DNA of 64,000 bases from the human T2T-CHM13v2.0 reference genome, Homo sapiens. Below are positions 14,239-33,650 of the stretch, piece after piece; position 1 is the first letter of the stretch, and every line of letters starts with the position of its first letter. Both the position numbers and the translations under genes were made by a program. Below the pieces are notes generated by a model, which saw nothing but the letters and a program-made list of their open reading frames with translations, did no database searches and was not told where the DNA came from. The stretch is from assembly GCF_009914755.1 (NCBI RefSeq), contig NC_060929.1; one strand, written 5' to 3'.

Positions 14239-14645
14239 GTGTGGCCCCAATTCATCAACATTTCTTGCATTAATATTCTTTGCTTTGTAACTTCACAGTT
14301 CCTGACACAAAAGACAGAATGTGCTTTCCAACTCCTTGACATGGGGTCAGCCATGGAACTTAATTTGGCCGATGAAATATGGACAGAAGTGAGAGTGACC
14401 AATTCCAAGGCTAGGCCTTAAGAAGCTTCACATATTTCCACTTGCCCTCTGGGGCTTTTTGCCATTATCATGAGAAGAACATGCCCTGGCCGGCCTACTA
14501 GCCCAAGTAAAATAATAGACTCATGAAGCATACTTGGATTTCTTTTGCACATAGAGATGCCCCCAAGCCCAGCCAGGAGCAGCAGAGCAACCTCAGCTGA
14601 CTCACAAATGTGAATAAAATAAATGTATGTTGTTGTATGCCACTG
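14239..14645 (+). mobile_element. MaLR LTR (MLT1H-like)
   Basis: TGGCCCCAATTC..CAATTCCAAGGCTAGGCCTTAAGA..CATGAGAAGAACATGCCC..AATAAATG..TTGTTGTATGCCACTG. Confidence 0.75.
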
Positions 14646-16299
14646 TCGTATGCCATATGTCATTAAGGAACTTAATGACAAAGGACATTGGTGACTTCAG
14701 CAAAATCATTGGCTATGTGCCAGTGGGCCAAAAATCTGCTATCAGTGGCTTGAAGGATAAATTAAAAAGAGTAGAGTCGACGGGAAGCTGGTCATTGAAG
14801 GGCTGCAACTAATTGAGATAATAACTTTATGAAGACTAAATATAAGCCCAAAACAGTGCATGTTTCCATATACTTATTTTGAATGCATAACTCAGGGAAT
14901 GGACCTTCACATATATTAATACATGTTGACATTTAAAGTATTAGTCGTTAATGGAGAAAATTCAGACCACAGAGGGAGCTGATTTTGGTTAAGATCTGTC
15001 TTTGACATGTCTGCTTAAATTACGTTGTATAGAAAACATAGTCTTTATTGTGCACTTAGAAATTATCATATAATACAAACTTCCCTTCTGCAGAAGAAAA
15101 ACTACCAGGATTTCACCTTAGTAATAGCAACTATATAAACTGTAAATAACACATAAGTAGAGGAAACAAGGTGATTCACACAAGTGATAAAAAGAACAGT
15201 TAAATATTGGCAATTTGGTTAATTGGCCCATATGCAAATTAATAATGCTTTAAATAAGGAAAACACATCATAGGGCATGCTTGTTCATTTATTTTGACAT
15301 TTTATAATTTAGTCTAATTATTTGTGAAACTGTAACCCATTCAGCTGGCCTTTGGTATAGTTTGTGAAAAATAATGACTTATGAAAAATAATGACATTTA
15401 GTCAAAGAAGCACTTGCTTCCACTTTCTATGGTACATTCAGGCAAGATACTTAGTGCAGTAATTAATTAAAAACTAAAATGTCAAATCTTACCCACATCT
15501 CTGTACATTAGCCAAAGATACATATGGACTCAAAACCAGAGAATTCAAAATGGGTTCTTAGTTAAATCCATGCATTTCCAGAGACAAATCTGTGAAATTA
15601 ATTCTGTGAGCAATGCATATTATGCCTACATATTATGCCTAATTATTAGCCTTGTATATCAAATACACTTTCATTTAGATTAACATGTCTGATTTTACCA
15701 TTTTGTCAGTTTATTCAAACTTTGTATAATCTTACATTTCAATGTACTGCACATATCTTCATTATTGACACTTTGCCCCTCGAAAATCAAAGAGTAATGA
15801 TAAAGGGGACTTTAAACTCTATTTTAGCTAATTCATATATTAATACCATACTTTGGAGATGATTATTTTAAGAAGTAATCACAGATTATTTTTTCTTAAA
15901 TTGTGCTTGTTTCATTTTTGAGTAATTTACTTCATATGAAATAATTCCTAGTTTTGTCAAGGCTGCAAATGTATTTTGCTCACAGCAAATTATGGAGACC
16001 ACATACAAGTGCAACCTAGCAACATTTCCTCCAATTTGGTTTTCTAAGTAAACAAAGCCTGCAGCACAGTCTTTCCTTAATGAGGGACGAATCTGAGTCT
16101 TTTCTGATAAATTAAAGGGCTGCATTTATTAAACAAAGATGATGTTATTGATTCAAAGGGCATGCTCTCTAAGCAGTTTTTTTTTAATTGTTGTGCTGAT
16201 CCATCTACGTTTTACATTTTACTTCCCATTTTAGCAATACACATTTTATAAAATGCCCAGCGAAGCTTAGAGGCTTATTAGAGGCATAGCATGATACAG

Positions 16300-16380
16300 T
16301 ACTCACTGGCCAATGAATAGTGGACCTCATGACCTTGGCATTATTAATGGCAAGTTGGGCTAACTGCCTGATAGGCACAT
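16300..16380 (-). mobile_element. Possible ancient tRNA-derived SINE head (MamSINE1-like)
   Basis: CATGACCTTGGCATTATTA..GTTGGGCTAACTGCC loosely resembles an antisense tRNA-derived head; short and degenerate. Confidence 0.3.
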
Positions 16381-17630
16381 TAATTCCAGTGTCAACATGA
16401 AGGAGAATTTCCGTCTGAAGTAATATAAATTATATATGTACAACTAAAAGGAGAGACTAGCAATATAAATACTTGGAAGTAAATTTTTTAAGTTAAAAAG
16501 AAAATATATTTTTTCATCTTCTTTCTATCCGTGCAAATAAATTTTTTTAAGAAAATTAATGACATTAATCTGCACTTGCAAAAACAGCAGCCCATGAGAC
16601 ATTCATTTTGAGGGTTGCAGTCCTCTTTAATTGCATGAGCAACATTAACTCATAGGATAGAAAGGTGCCATCGAATCTTGTTCATTTTCCTTGCATAAGA
16701 TGTACTTCTAACTTAATAGAAATTCTGCTAGGAATACCTAGCAGATTGAACATGAAACACTTCCTTAGTAAGATAATAAAATGTTATTTTACAAAGATTA
16801 TCTCCTGTCATTTCTGTAGATGTTCCCAGTCCACTTGAAAATACTTTGAATTTTGTCATTATTGAATGTAGTGCACACAATATGAGAATTAGGCCAGCTT
16901 TGTTAATTGTGTTGTTCATATTTTCTACATCTTTACTGATTTGTTTTAGCTGGAGGTATTATCAACTCTTGAAGTTTTGTGAAGGGTAACTTTATATGTA
17001 GTTTGAAACTATGTATTGATTGCACAGAGATTTAGAAAGGTCATATTTTCCCGTTGATTTACTCCTTCGTCACTATGAAATGTCATTCTTCATCTTCAGC
17101 AATGCTTTTAACTTAAAATCATCTTGGATATTAATAAAGCAACATATATTTTTGCTTTATATCCACATGATGTATCTTTTATTCCATCTTTTGGATTTCA
17201 GTCTCTCTATTTTCTTGTATTATGGTGTTCCTCTTAAGAGCAACATATACTTGAGGGTTTTTTTCTCAACCAATCTAATCTTATCCTTTTCTAGAAATAT
17301 TTTGTGCACTTTCATTGAATGAAATTTAAGATATATTTACTGTCATATCTGCCATTTAATTACTTGTTTTCTCTTTGACCAACCTGCTTTAAGCTCTCAT
17401 TATCTTCTTTCTTGTTTTCTTTTACAGTTTTAACCATTCTATTTTTACCCCTAATAATTTGTTAATTATAGCTTCTTTTCCTATTCTTTAATGGGTACTA
17501 TAGATTATAATATTCATTCTTGAATCATTAAAATCTAATATAAATTATTACTTTTAGTCCTTCCTTTACAATAAAACTTTCTTTCCACATATGTCCTTCA
17601 CTTTTGCACTATTGTTTTCATGCATTTTAA

Positions 17631-17632
<2 letters not shown>

Positions 17633-17667
<35 letters not shown>
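17633..17667. repeat. (TA)n microsatellite
   Basis: Direct observation. Confidence 0.95.
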
Positions 17668-17668
<1 letters not shown>

Positions 17669-17870
17669 GCAACTGCGTAAATTATTATTCTTATTATCTA
17701 AGTTAGTCAATATTCATCTACATGAATTTCTCCTTTGAAAGTCAGTCTTTCCTATAATTACATATTCTAGGATCATTTTCTTTCTACATAAAATTTCTCT
17801 CTACTTTTTTAGTGAAGTTTTGCTGCCAAAATATTGTTTCTGTCTAAAAATTCTTTAATTCAGCTGTATT

Positions 17871-18013
17871 TTATTTGTTTGTTTGTTTTTATTTAGTTTT
17901 GTTTTATTTTGTTTTTGAGACAGAGTCTCACTCTGTTGCCGTGACTGAATTGCAGCGGTGGGAACACAGTTCACTGCAGCCTCAACCTCCTGGTCTCAAG
18001 CCATCCTGCTCTT
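17871..18013 (-). mobile_element. AluJ/FRAM-like partial monomer
   Basis: T-rich tail, GAGACAGAGTCTCACTCTGTTGCC..TCACTGCAGCCTCAACCTCCTGGTCTCAAGCCATCCT. Confidence 0.85.
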
Positions 18014-18076
18014 AAACCCTCTATTAAACTCTTTATTTTAGATATTTCAATTTTCAGATCTAGAATTCATATGTAA

Positions 18077-18517
<441 letters not shown>

Positions 18518-20295
18518 TAACTCCAACATTTGGACTGTGTCTTTTTTTAATTGTTTTTCTTTTGGATGTTGGCGTCTCTGATTATTTTTTAATTAAATAC
18601 TGGATATTATGTATTTTAAAATTTGTAGTGTTATATTTCTCTAGGAATGGCTTACTTCTCACTTTGCTGGACAGACAGAGTAGTGGCTGATGATTAAAAT
18701 CCAATCAGGGTCTGAGCTGAGTTGAGGTAAGATAGTAATTTGCATAAGGTTCTAGTACTTCTGGTTTGCACTTACTCCTAAAGCGAAGACCTCCAGGACT
18801 TTTAATCAAAAACCTGGTATATTCATTGGGGATTCTCTGGTAAGTTTCAAACTCTAATTTTAAGGACAGGACAATGAGACAGCAGAAATCTCTGATCTCC
18901 TTTTAAAAATGTTTCTGCTTACATTTTCAGTTCCTCACCTTGAACAACTTCAGAATGGGGTAAATAATTTGAGGGGGAAACTGGCTGTGTGCCAGGTTAA
19001 GTTCTCCACTCATCCTTTCTCACTGAAATCTTGGCACCTTATGTATTACCAACTTTGTCTACTCCGTTGCTAGAGGGTACTAAAAGTTCTACTCATATTC
19101 CTGTTCCCCAGAAGTTGCATTCTGTCCAGGCGAAGCCTGAATTCTCCAACTGATACTCTAAACCTAGGATTAACAAATAACTCCAGACAAATGGAGAAAG
19201 TTGACACATCTCACCTCCATTCTCCGCTTTCCAAAATCTTGACCTTTTAGTTCTTACTTTAGCAGCTTTCTCGTGCCTTCACATAAGTGATTTTAAAATT
19301 TTTAATTGAATTTTCTAGTTGCTCTCACAATAAGTTTTGTTTATAAGTAGGTACTTCATCCTATTCAAAAAAAGAAAACTTTTTTGTCTTCATTTTCCAT
19401 TTCTGAAATTATCTTTCCAGTCAAATGGAAAACTTACACAGGTTTGCTTATTGTCTGTTTGTTTGTTTCTGCAACTAGATTTTTTTGTTATTAATATTTA
19501 AATGTATAAGGATAAAGATATTTAATTATTTGAAACTACTAGAAGTGGAGCTATACTGAATATCAATATTACATATTTGACTTATAAGTCTGCTTTTGCA
19601 AGCATACTTATGAAATGCTTTCAATAAATAAAAGCAACTAGATGAGTTCCTAAACTGTCATTTATTCTGATGAAGTACTAAGCCATGCTGATTTTTGTAC
19701 AATCAACTATTTTGGGAATAGAACTTAAAAATGATCCAGCAACACTCTGCTAAATTTACCTTCAACCTAAATGTAAAGGTTTACATTTAGCTGAAAAGTG
19801 CCATGTTTTCTAACTTGGGATTATTATAATTCGTTCAGTTATTTAGGACTTTGTTTCATGTTCTATGCATTCAAAGAAACCTGTTTAGGCTAGGTACAGT
19901 TTCAGCTCAAAAGAAACACGCCATTACCTTAGAAAAGTAACATATAACTTCTGTGCTCTGTGCACCAAAATCAATAACTTTGTAATGAGGTATTAAGTCT
20001 CCCTACATATGAAGATGACAGAATTCTAAATATTACATTCTTTGGTTTTATTTTCTTTGAAAATTAACAAAATGGACTTTTTTGCAAAATAAGCAGTCAC
20101 CTAATAATTTATTTCAGATTTAGCTTTACAAAGAGCTCATGTGTTACACATTAGCTTCTTAACATTTAAAATAAGTTATTCTCATTTGCTTTCTCATCTA
20201 CTAGTTTCAGATTGGAATATATCTGCATTTGTAAAACTGCATATAAATCAGTATGTTTCACAGGGAAGAGCAGGAAAGACAATGAAAACAAATAA

Positions 20296-22485
<2,190 letters not shown>

Positions 22486-22772
22486 CAGAAGGTGGTAATG
22501 ACAAACGCCTCCAAGCTAAAGGAGCATGTTCTACCCCAATGCAAGGAAGCTAAGAACCTTGTAAAAAACAGTTAGAGGGAATTTCTAACTAGAACAAATA
22601 GTTTAGAGAAGAGCATAAATGACCCGATGGAGCTGAAAAACACAGCATGAGAACTTCATGAAGCATACATAAGTATCAACAGACGAGTCGATCAAGCAGG
22701 AGAAAGAATATCAGAGATTGAAGATCAACTTAATGAAATAAAGCATGAAGACAAGATTAGAGAAAAAAAAGA

Positions 22773-23375
22773 ATGAAAAGGAACAAACAAAGCCCCCCAA
22801 AAATATGGGACTATGTGAAAAGACCAAACCTATGTTTGATTGGTGTACGTGAAAGTGATGGGGAGACTGGAACCAAGTCGGAAAAGCCTCTTCAGGATAT
22901 TATCCAGGAGAACTTCCCCAACCTAGCAAGACAGGCCAACATTCAAATCCAGGAAATGCAGAGAACACCACAAAGATACTCCTCGAGAAGAGCAACCCCA
23001 AGACACATAATCGTCAAATTCACTGAGGATGAAATGAGGGAAAAAATGTTAAGGGCAGCCACAGGGAAAGGTCGGGTTACCCACAAAGGGAAGTCCATCA
23101 GACTAACAGTGAATCTCTCTGCGGAAACCCTACAAGCCAGAAGAGAGTGGGGGCCAATATTCAACATTCTTAAAGAAAAGAATTTTCAACCCAGAATTTC
23201 ATATCCAGCCAAACTAAGCTTCATAAGCAAAGGAGAAATAAAATTCTTTACAGACAAGCAAATGCTGACAGATTTTGTCACCACCAGGCCTGCCTTACAA
23301 GAGCTCCTGAAGGAATCACTAAATATAGAAAGGAAAATCCTGTACCAGCCACTGCAAAAACTTACCAAATTGTAA
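22773..23375 (+). pseudogene. L1 ORF1p remnant (RRM and C-terminal domains)
   Basis: IWDYVKRPNL, RRATPRHIIV, ARREW and YPAKLSF motifs; N-terminus truncated and disrupted. Confidence 0.93.
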
Positions 23376-23437
23376 AGACCATGGACACTATGAAGAAACT
23401 GCATCAATAACAGGTGAAATAACCAGATAGCATCATA

Positions 23438-25284
23438 ATGACAGGATCAAATTCACATGTAACAATATTAACCTTAAATGTAAACTGGCTAACTGCCCCA
23501 ATTAAAAGACACAGACTGGCAAATTGGATAAAGAGTCAAAACCCATTGGTATGCTCTATTCAGGAGATCCATCTCACATTCAAAGACACACATATGCTCA
23601 AAATAAAAGGATGGAGGAATATTTACCAAGAAAATGGAAAGAAAAAAAAGGCAGGGGTTGCAATCCTAGTCTCTGCTAAAACGGACTTTAATCCAACAAA
23701 GATCAAAAAAGACAAAGAAGGGCATTATATAATGGTAAAGGGATCAATGCAACACAAAGAGCTAACTATCCTAAATATATATGCACCCAATACAGGAGCA
23801 CCCAGATTCATAAAGCAAGTTCTTAGAAACCTACAAAGAGACTTAGACTCCCACACAATAATAGTGGGAGACTTTAACACCCCACTGTCAATATTAGACA
23901 GATCAACAAGACAGAAAATTAACAAGGATATCCAGGACTTGAACTCACCTCTGGATCAAGCAGACCTAATTGACATCTACAGAATTCTCCACTCCAAATA
24001 AACAGAATATACATTCTTCTCAGCACCACATTGCACTTATTATAAAATTCACCACATAATTGGAAGTAAAACATTCCTCAGCAAATGCAAAGGAATGGAA
24101 ATAATAACAAACAGTCTCTCAGACCACAGTGCAATCAAATTAGAAATCTGGATTAAGAAACTCACCAAAAACTGCACAACCACATGGAAACTGAACAACT
24201 TGCTCCTGAATGACTACTGGGTAAATAACAAAATTAAGGCAGAAATAAATAAGTTCTTTGAAACCAATGAGAACAAGGACACAATGCACCAGAATCTCTG
24301 GGACACAGCTAAAGCAGTGTGTAGAGGGAAATTTATAGCACAAAATGCCCACAGGCGAAAGCAGGAAAGATCTAAAATCAACACTCTAACATCACAATTA
24401 AAAGAACTAGAGAAGCAAGAGCAAACAAATTCAAAAGCTAGCAGAAGACAATAAATAACTAAGATGAGAGCAGAACTGAAGGATATAGAGACACAAAAAC
24501 CTTTCAAAAAAATCAATGAATCCAGGAGCTGGTTTCTTGAAAAGATCAACAAAATTGATAGACAGCTAGCCAGACTAATAAAGAAGAAAAGAGAGAAGAA
24601 TCAAATAGACACAGTAAAAAATAATGAAAGGGGTATCACCACTGATCCCACAGACATACAAACTACAATCAGAGAATAATATAAACACCTCTATCCAGAT
24701 AAACTAGAAAATCTAGACGAAATGGATAAATTCCTGGACACATACACCCTACCAAGACTAAACCAGGAAGAAGTCGAATCCCTGAATAGACCAATAAGTT
24801 CTGAAATTGAGGCAGTAATTAATAGCCTCCTAACCAAAAAAAGCCCAGGACCAGACGGATTCACAGCCGAATTCTACCAGAGGTACAAAGAGGAGCTGGT
24901 ACCATTCCTTCTGAAAATATTCCAGACAATAGAAAAAGAGGGACTCCTCCCTAACCCATTTTATGAGGCTAGCATCATCCTGATACTAAATCCTGGCAGA
25001 GACACAACAGTAAAAGAAAATTTCAGGCCAATATCCTTGATGAACATCGATGGGAAAGTCCTCAGTAAAATACTGGCAAACCAAATCCAGCAGCACATCA
25101 AAAAGCTTTTCCACCACAGTCAAGTTGGCTTCATCCCTGGGATTCAAGGCTGGTTCACCATATGCAAATCAATAAACGTAATCCATCACATAAACATAAC
25201 CAATGACAAAATCACATGATTATCTCAATAGATGCAGAAAAGGCCTTCAATAAAATTCAACACCCCTTCATGCTGAAAACTCTC
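23438..25284 (+). pseudogene. L1 ORF2p remnant (APE endonuclease, Z region, RT start), multiple stops and frameshifts
   Basis: [53 protein letters not shown] and DAEKAFNK spread over broken ORFs. Confidence 0.93.
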
Positions 25285-25869
25285 CAAAAAACGACTTCTT
25301 ATATATACGTAAGCCTACTTTTCCAGTACAGCTTACAGATTGACATATTCTACCATATATACCAAACAGACAGAAGCTTTCATGTGACCCTTATGAGTCA
25401 CAATAACATGTTTAATTAACAAGTATGTCAAAAACCATCATTTCTTCTCAGAGAAGCCTTGTGTGAGTTTTCATATGAAAATAATTATCTTAATAGTGAT
25501 TATTTTATTATCAGATTCAATATTAAAGAAAATAATTAACCAACCTTTAGTTCCATCATTTTTACTAGGTTCAGGAATAGATATGTTGCAAAATGTCAAA
25601 AGTAGAAAATGATGAACTCCAGAAAAAATTGATATGACATATCAAGACCAAATAACCATAGAGATATTTTCCAAGGGAATGGGTAAAACTGTTCTATGAC
25701 CCTTGAATCACTTTATGCACTTTAAGAATATACAGAGTGAAAGATAGAGACAGGAGGAGTAAGAGATAGAGATAGGGCTTTGTGGGGTATACGAATAAAG
25801 AGATGTATTTGGACTGAACTCTTTCCCCACTAGGAGTCCATACTTTCACACTCTGCAGAGAAGGAGAGG

Positions 25870-26296
25870 TATAGCAGGTGGCAATGAGGATATGTCTCCC
25901 AGACCTCCAACCATAGGAAGTGTAATTGGCCAAGACTCCCAATAGCTGTGCTGTGTTTGTATATATGAAGGCTACAATTCTCATGAGCTGCTCCCAATCA
26001 GTGACTTAATGAGGCAAGGATGTTATTAAAACCCCATTTTTTTAGGAGACACAGGACTTCTCTCAAAGCAATGGCTTTAGGACTCCATCATGGCTTTGCC
26101 AAATCTCCATCTGACTACATGGCAGTCTATGACCATTATATCCAATCTTCTCTCCCACTCTCCTTCTCCCAAGGTCAGTCTGGCATCATGTCTGAAGATT
26201 TTCCCAGACTTCCTGGCCCTCCCCATTTCTTCTACACAGGTTTTGACCTAATAAGATACCATTCTTGGAGTATCTCAGAGGAACTGGACAAACACA
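25870..26296 (+). mobile_element. ERVL LTR16A-like solo LTR
   Basis: ATGAGGATATGTCTCCCAGACCTCCAAC..GTAATTGGCCAAG..GCTGCTCCCAATCAGTGACT..TCAGAGGAACTGGACAAACACA. Confidence 0.7.
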
Positions 26297-28278
26297 GGAG
26301 GCCAACTTCTAACTATAGACCTAGTAAGATGTTCAAAAGGACCACTGGGAAAACTAGGCAATATGTTCCCTGTGATTGAAGGACCTAAAATATTGGATTT
26401 GGTTCATATCTGTAAAAGCTAGAGTGTACCGTGGCCTGTGGTCTCATTTTAATAAGATACTGTGATAAAAAAAAAAAAAAAAGTGTGGGTTAGCTGACAG
26501 AACCTGGAGAGTATTGCTGCAGTGAGGTCTCCTTGCAATTCCAAATTTAGCCACTAAATGACAGCATGTTTCTCTTGGAACAGATGTATACCACTCTGTA
26601 GAGAGCTGGCATGTGATCATCTCGGGTCCTATAAAATTGACTCACCAAGAGAGACTAAAGATCTCATCAAAAAGAAGATAGAGCTGTACTGTTGATCCTC
26701 AGAGGCCAAAACATGGGAAAAGGAACTGCTGCAGGGAATAGTCTAGCTTCATCAAAAGCACTGGAGCAGTGGGAGGCCCAGCAGGAACCTCTGAAGAGTC
26801 TGTGAAAGGAAGGTATACCAAAAATGAAAGCAGCACTTAAAACATCTGTGGCCAGCTCAGCAAGAGTAGTTATATTTCGTTACCTGTTGTTCTAGCCTCT
26901 CTTCTCTCCAGAAACCTGGAGAAATAACATCAGTATGGAGTGGGAGAAGAAGTGAGCTAACAAAAATGTATAGAACTGTCAAATCGTAGTTGCTTTATCT
27001 TACTGGAGGCTTCCAGGTGGAAATAAGAGAGGAGAGGGCAAATTGAAATTTACATTGTTATTATAGGTTGCATATGCTATTTGGTGAGTTGAATAACTAT
27101 GTTCAAACAACTCAAGTAATTCAAAGACTATTAGCTAAGCATAAGCAGAAAATCCATGGAAAAACTGTAGAGCTTTTATAAAAAGGTATGGGACATTTTC
27201 TTCCAATTAAAAATTTCATGTCATGACTCAGGTTTATTCAACCTACTGGTCACATATATTAATCTTCATGGAAGGTTAGTAGAAATATAATAAATCTATG
27301 GTTCTTAATTTATAGATTATTGACATAAAAAACATATTTTAAGCCACTTACAAGTAATTATCTCCGGTAATTTACTAATATTATTTACATAGATTAGGAA
27401 ACTATAAATTCACCATTGATACTATTGCCATGAAAATACTTTAAATTACCCATATGTAGTACATGTAAGTATACTTTTAAGTATATTCAATTTGCTATTA
27501 TAAACTGCTGCCAAATAGGCATGATCAAAAACATTAAAACTTTATTTTATAATAGTTCTACATTTTACTATCAAAAGAAAGCAAAATAATATAAATAATC
27601 CACAGTAAGATCATTATAAAAAGGGGGATATCTCTGTTGTTTACCATAAAATGAAATAACAACATTGAAAGATTTTCTCTTGACTATTTAGCAAAAGATA
27701 TGAATTATAGGCACTTTGAGCACATCTTTTTCTGAACAATTGTATATCTATAAACCAAAATGCAGACAATGAATGAATACAAACTGGATCTTACTGAACA
27801 GCAAGAATCCAAGAGATGAAAAACAAACCAAAAAAAAGGCCAAAAAAAAAAAACACTAATGATACTACATTTGCTATTAGGAGCTTTTCGCATTTGGATA
27901 ACAATGGCATGATTTCCATCAACAAATTAAAGCTTTTTGCTAATTTTTTATGACCTCAATCCACTAATATTGTTTTGACTCTTCATTTTCAATTTTTACC
28001 AAATCAAGATGCTGAGGCTAACAATGAGGCTTCAACTTTTTGCCTGGAAAGCTAACATAATCTTCTAATTAATAATTTATTACAAAACAAAATGTTTTAT
28101 GGTTTTCAAGCAAAACTAAACATTTAAACTATGGAAAAACTGTGCCTCCTCCTTAAATACTTTGAATTTTTTAAGAATAATGACTCTTCATGTGTAGATT
28201 TTCACTACATCAGCTTAATAATTTTACTTTGTTTACATTATAATATAGTGGTAAGTCACTGAGTATTGTTATATTTGA

Positions 28279-28641
<363 letters not shown>

Positions 28642-28892
28642 CTATATTTAAGGATGGTGCACATATTAAAGAAAAATTCATTTAAAAACCACTACAGATA
28701 AATCTAGATTTTTAAAGTTCTCCCCATCTATATAAGTAAAATATTATGTTGAAATATGGTTAACGGGCCATTTAAATCTGGCTAATACCCATTGTGGATG
28801 AATTTTAATGTTCTGACTTCTGGTGACATATACTGAATAATAGGCCAATACATGGTTGCCCTCATCTGATTTCCAAACTTTAATTAAGGCCT

Positions 28893-28995
28893 CCTTTAGG
28901 AGGCTGACCCAGGAGGATCACTTGAGGGCAGAAGTTTGTGACCAGCCTGGGCAAAATAGCAAGACCCTGTCTCTACAAAAATAAATAATAAAAAG
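28893..28995 (+). mobile_element. FLAM/AluJ left-monomer fragment
   Basis: GGAGGATCACTTGAG..ACCAGCCTGGGCAAAATAGCAAGACCCTGTCTCTACAAAA. Confidence 0.85.
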
Positions 28996-29074
28996 AGAAA
29001 TATCACCAACACTGATCTATTTGTATATGGGAAAAGCCTGGGGTAAAAGAGGGTCATAGAAAATAGAAACCATT

Positions 29075-29383
<309 letters not shown>

Positions 29384-29849
29384 AGAAAATAGAAACCATT
29401 TACTTCATTTTTCCCTCATCCCATTGATCTAAAATGTTAGATCTTTCAGTTTAGCTAGTGATCTGAGTGTTCATCTACCTCATCAAAGCAGTTGTCAATT
29501 TCTAAAAGAAAAAAATTGTAATCCCAGATTTTATGCCCTGGTAAAGTAAGAGAAACATATGATGCATGCACACAAGTCATTATAAGAAAATTATTAAAAC
29601 AAAAATTTTTCTAAATAGCTAAGACAGATAATATAGTAAAGCAAAATGTAAGCATTACGACTACCAAAATAAAGATTAACTGAAGGTAACAATAATTTAA
29701 CTAAAAAGGACTGGGTCAGAACCCTAAAACATACTAGCAAAAATGATAGACATCTAAATAATGAAAAACTTAAGTCCACTAATTTCTACATTTATGAAAA
29801 TTCAATAAATATGGTTTATATTATACAACTGATAACTTCTATTTTCAAT

Positions 29850-32000
<2,151 letters not shown>

Positions 32001-33409
32001 TTCTGCTTAAAACATGAGCTTGGATATTAAATATTGACTTTTACATTAGTTAGTCATTAACCTTTTGAAGTACTAGGGAGGAAATTAGAAACGCGGGCTG
32101 TCTTCGTCAAGAAGTATCATTCCTGTGAGGTTTCTCTCTGAATAAGTTCCACTGTCACTTTTGTGGTTGTGTCAGTAGATTGGTGGTGTAAATTGTCCCA
32201 TTGGTTGATGACATTTTTTTAAGGGTCATTTGGCTAATTTGATGAGAGGATGAGTTAGTGAGAAATTCTGTGATTGTCAGGCTTTGTGTTTGGTGTGAAC
32301 ACCCAGCTGCCTTTTGTCACCATTCATCTGCAATGGCCCCTAGGAAATTTTTCCGGGTGCCCTTCATGAGACCATCCATCTGAGCTTGGTAGGGATTTCC
32401 CACATTTCTCATGACACGTATCTCCAGTTCCACTGATTTTTGCTAAATTGGAGGATGAGAAATTTTTAAGGTGATTTTGTCAGAATTATTTCTACATATT
32501 TTCTTCACATAATATACTCTCTCAAAAGGTGGAGTTGTGAATATTTATTCCAGTATCTTTTTCTGATTTTGCCCCAATTTTATTGTATTTGACCAACATT
32601 TTAAAGTATATGGTATTAGTTTGAAATTTTTCCAAATTTTGTCAACGATGTAACATTACATGGAACAGAGAGTAAATTTATTGATGAAGAACCAAATCTA
32701 AACTGTAAATACGAATAATCATACATCTTTCTTGCTTTGAAAGTACTTAATAGTACTAAAAATAGAAGAAATTGATAGAAACGTTGCAATAAGAAATCTT
32801 GACACACCATTCTTAATTACTGACTGATCAAGAAAGTAATCATAAATAAGAATTTGGACTAACTTTTGCAGTTAATAAATACACATCAAACTTTACACAC
32901 TATTATCTGTAATTCGGAAGCGTATGAAATGTTGATAAAAATTATAGCATGATTTCTTATCACACCCTCCCCCTAAATAAGTGAATGAACTTTGGAGATA
33001 AAAAGCCAAAAACTAAAGCAGTTTTACTGTTGTTGTTGCTAGTACGGCAGGTGCTTGTTGAATAGGAGGGTTATAAAAACAGGGCCATATGTAATATACT
33101 AATTGGCCCAAATGTAACTAGCTCATCAGAGCAGAACCCCATCTAGATACCATTTTCAACTTTTGTATTCAATTTGAATTTCAACAGATTAACAATCATA
33201 ACAGTTCCAAGAGTACTTGGATCATTTATTACTTTTTTGTATATTTTATTTTAAAATATGTTATTTTGAAAAATTTATTTCAATACTAAAATATTGACAA
33301 ATGATAAACTTTGCTTTAGAAGATTGATGCTACATGATTTCTATTTTCCATCAGTTCCCATTTAATAATTAGAGATTGGCCATTCTTTTTGAAGAGTTAC
33401 ACCTTAGCA

Positions 33410-33650
33410 GTCCATTATAATATTTATTAAATGCACTTGTTGCACCAGCAAGTGGGTTGTACTTTGCATATCTTTTCTCTATTTATCCTTACAATCACCC
33501 TATTAAGTAGGTTCTATCAACATCCCAATTTTAATACAAAGGAATCTAACACTGAGTAACTTAACTAATTGGCTACCATGTGTAGAATTATAATTTGGAC
33601 CAATTTTTCTCTAAAGGTCATAGTTAAACTTCTAACTTTTATGATCTACT
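33410..33650 (-). mobile_element. MIR SINE remnant
   Basis: ATTTATTAAATGCACTT..ATCCTTACAATCACCCTATTAAGTAGGT..ATCCCAATTTTA. Confidence 0.6.

Larger units (their letters stand above)
13040..14810 (-). mobile_element. L2 LINE remnant fragmented by Tigger2 and MLT1H insertions
   Basis: Purine-rich antisense L2-like motifs (TTTAGTTTGGGGCATACTGAGTTTGAAAT, GATGAGACCACT, CATTGGTGACTTCAGCAA) at ~13040-13440, ~14085-14210 and ~14670-14810. Confidence 0.5.

Noticed and set aside
26020-26379. 119-aa ORF
   Set aside because: Lies mostly within the LTR16A-like element; chance ORF.
26330-27130. Possible ancient Gypsy-like LTR
   Set aside because: Composition is suggestive but I cannot identify termini or a family.
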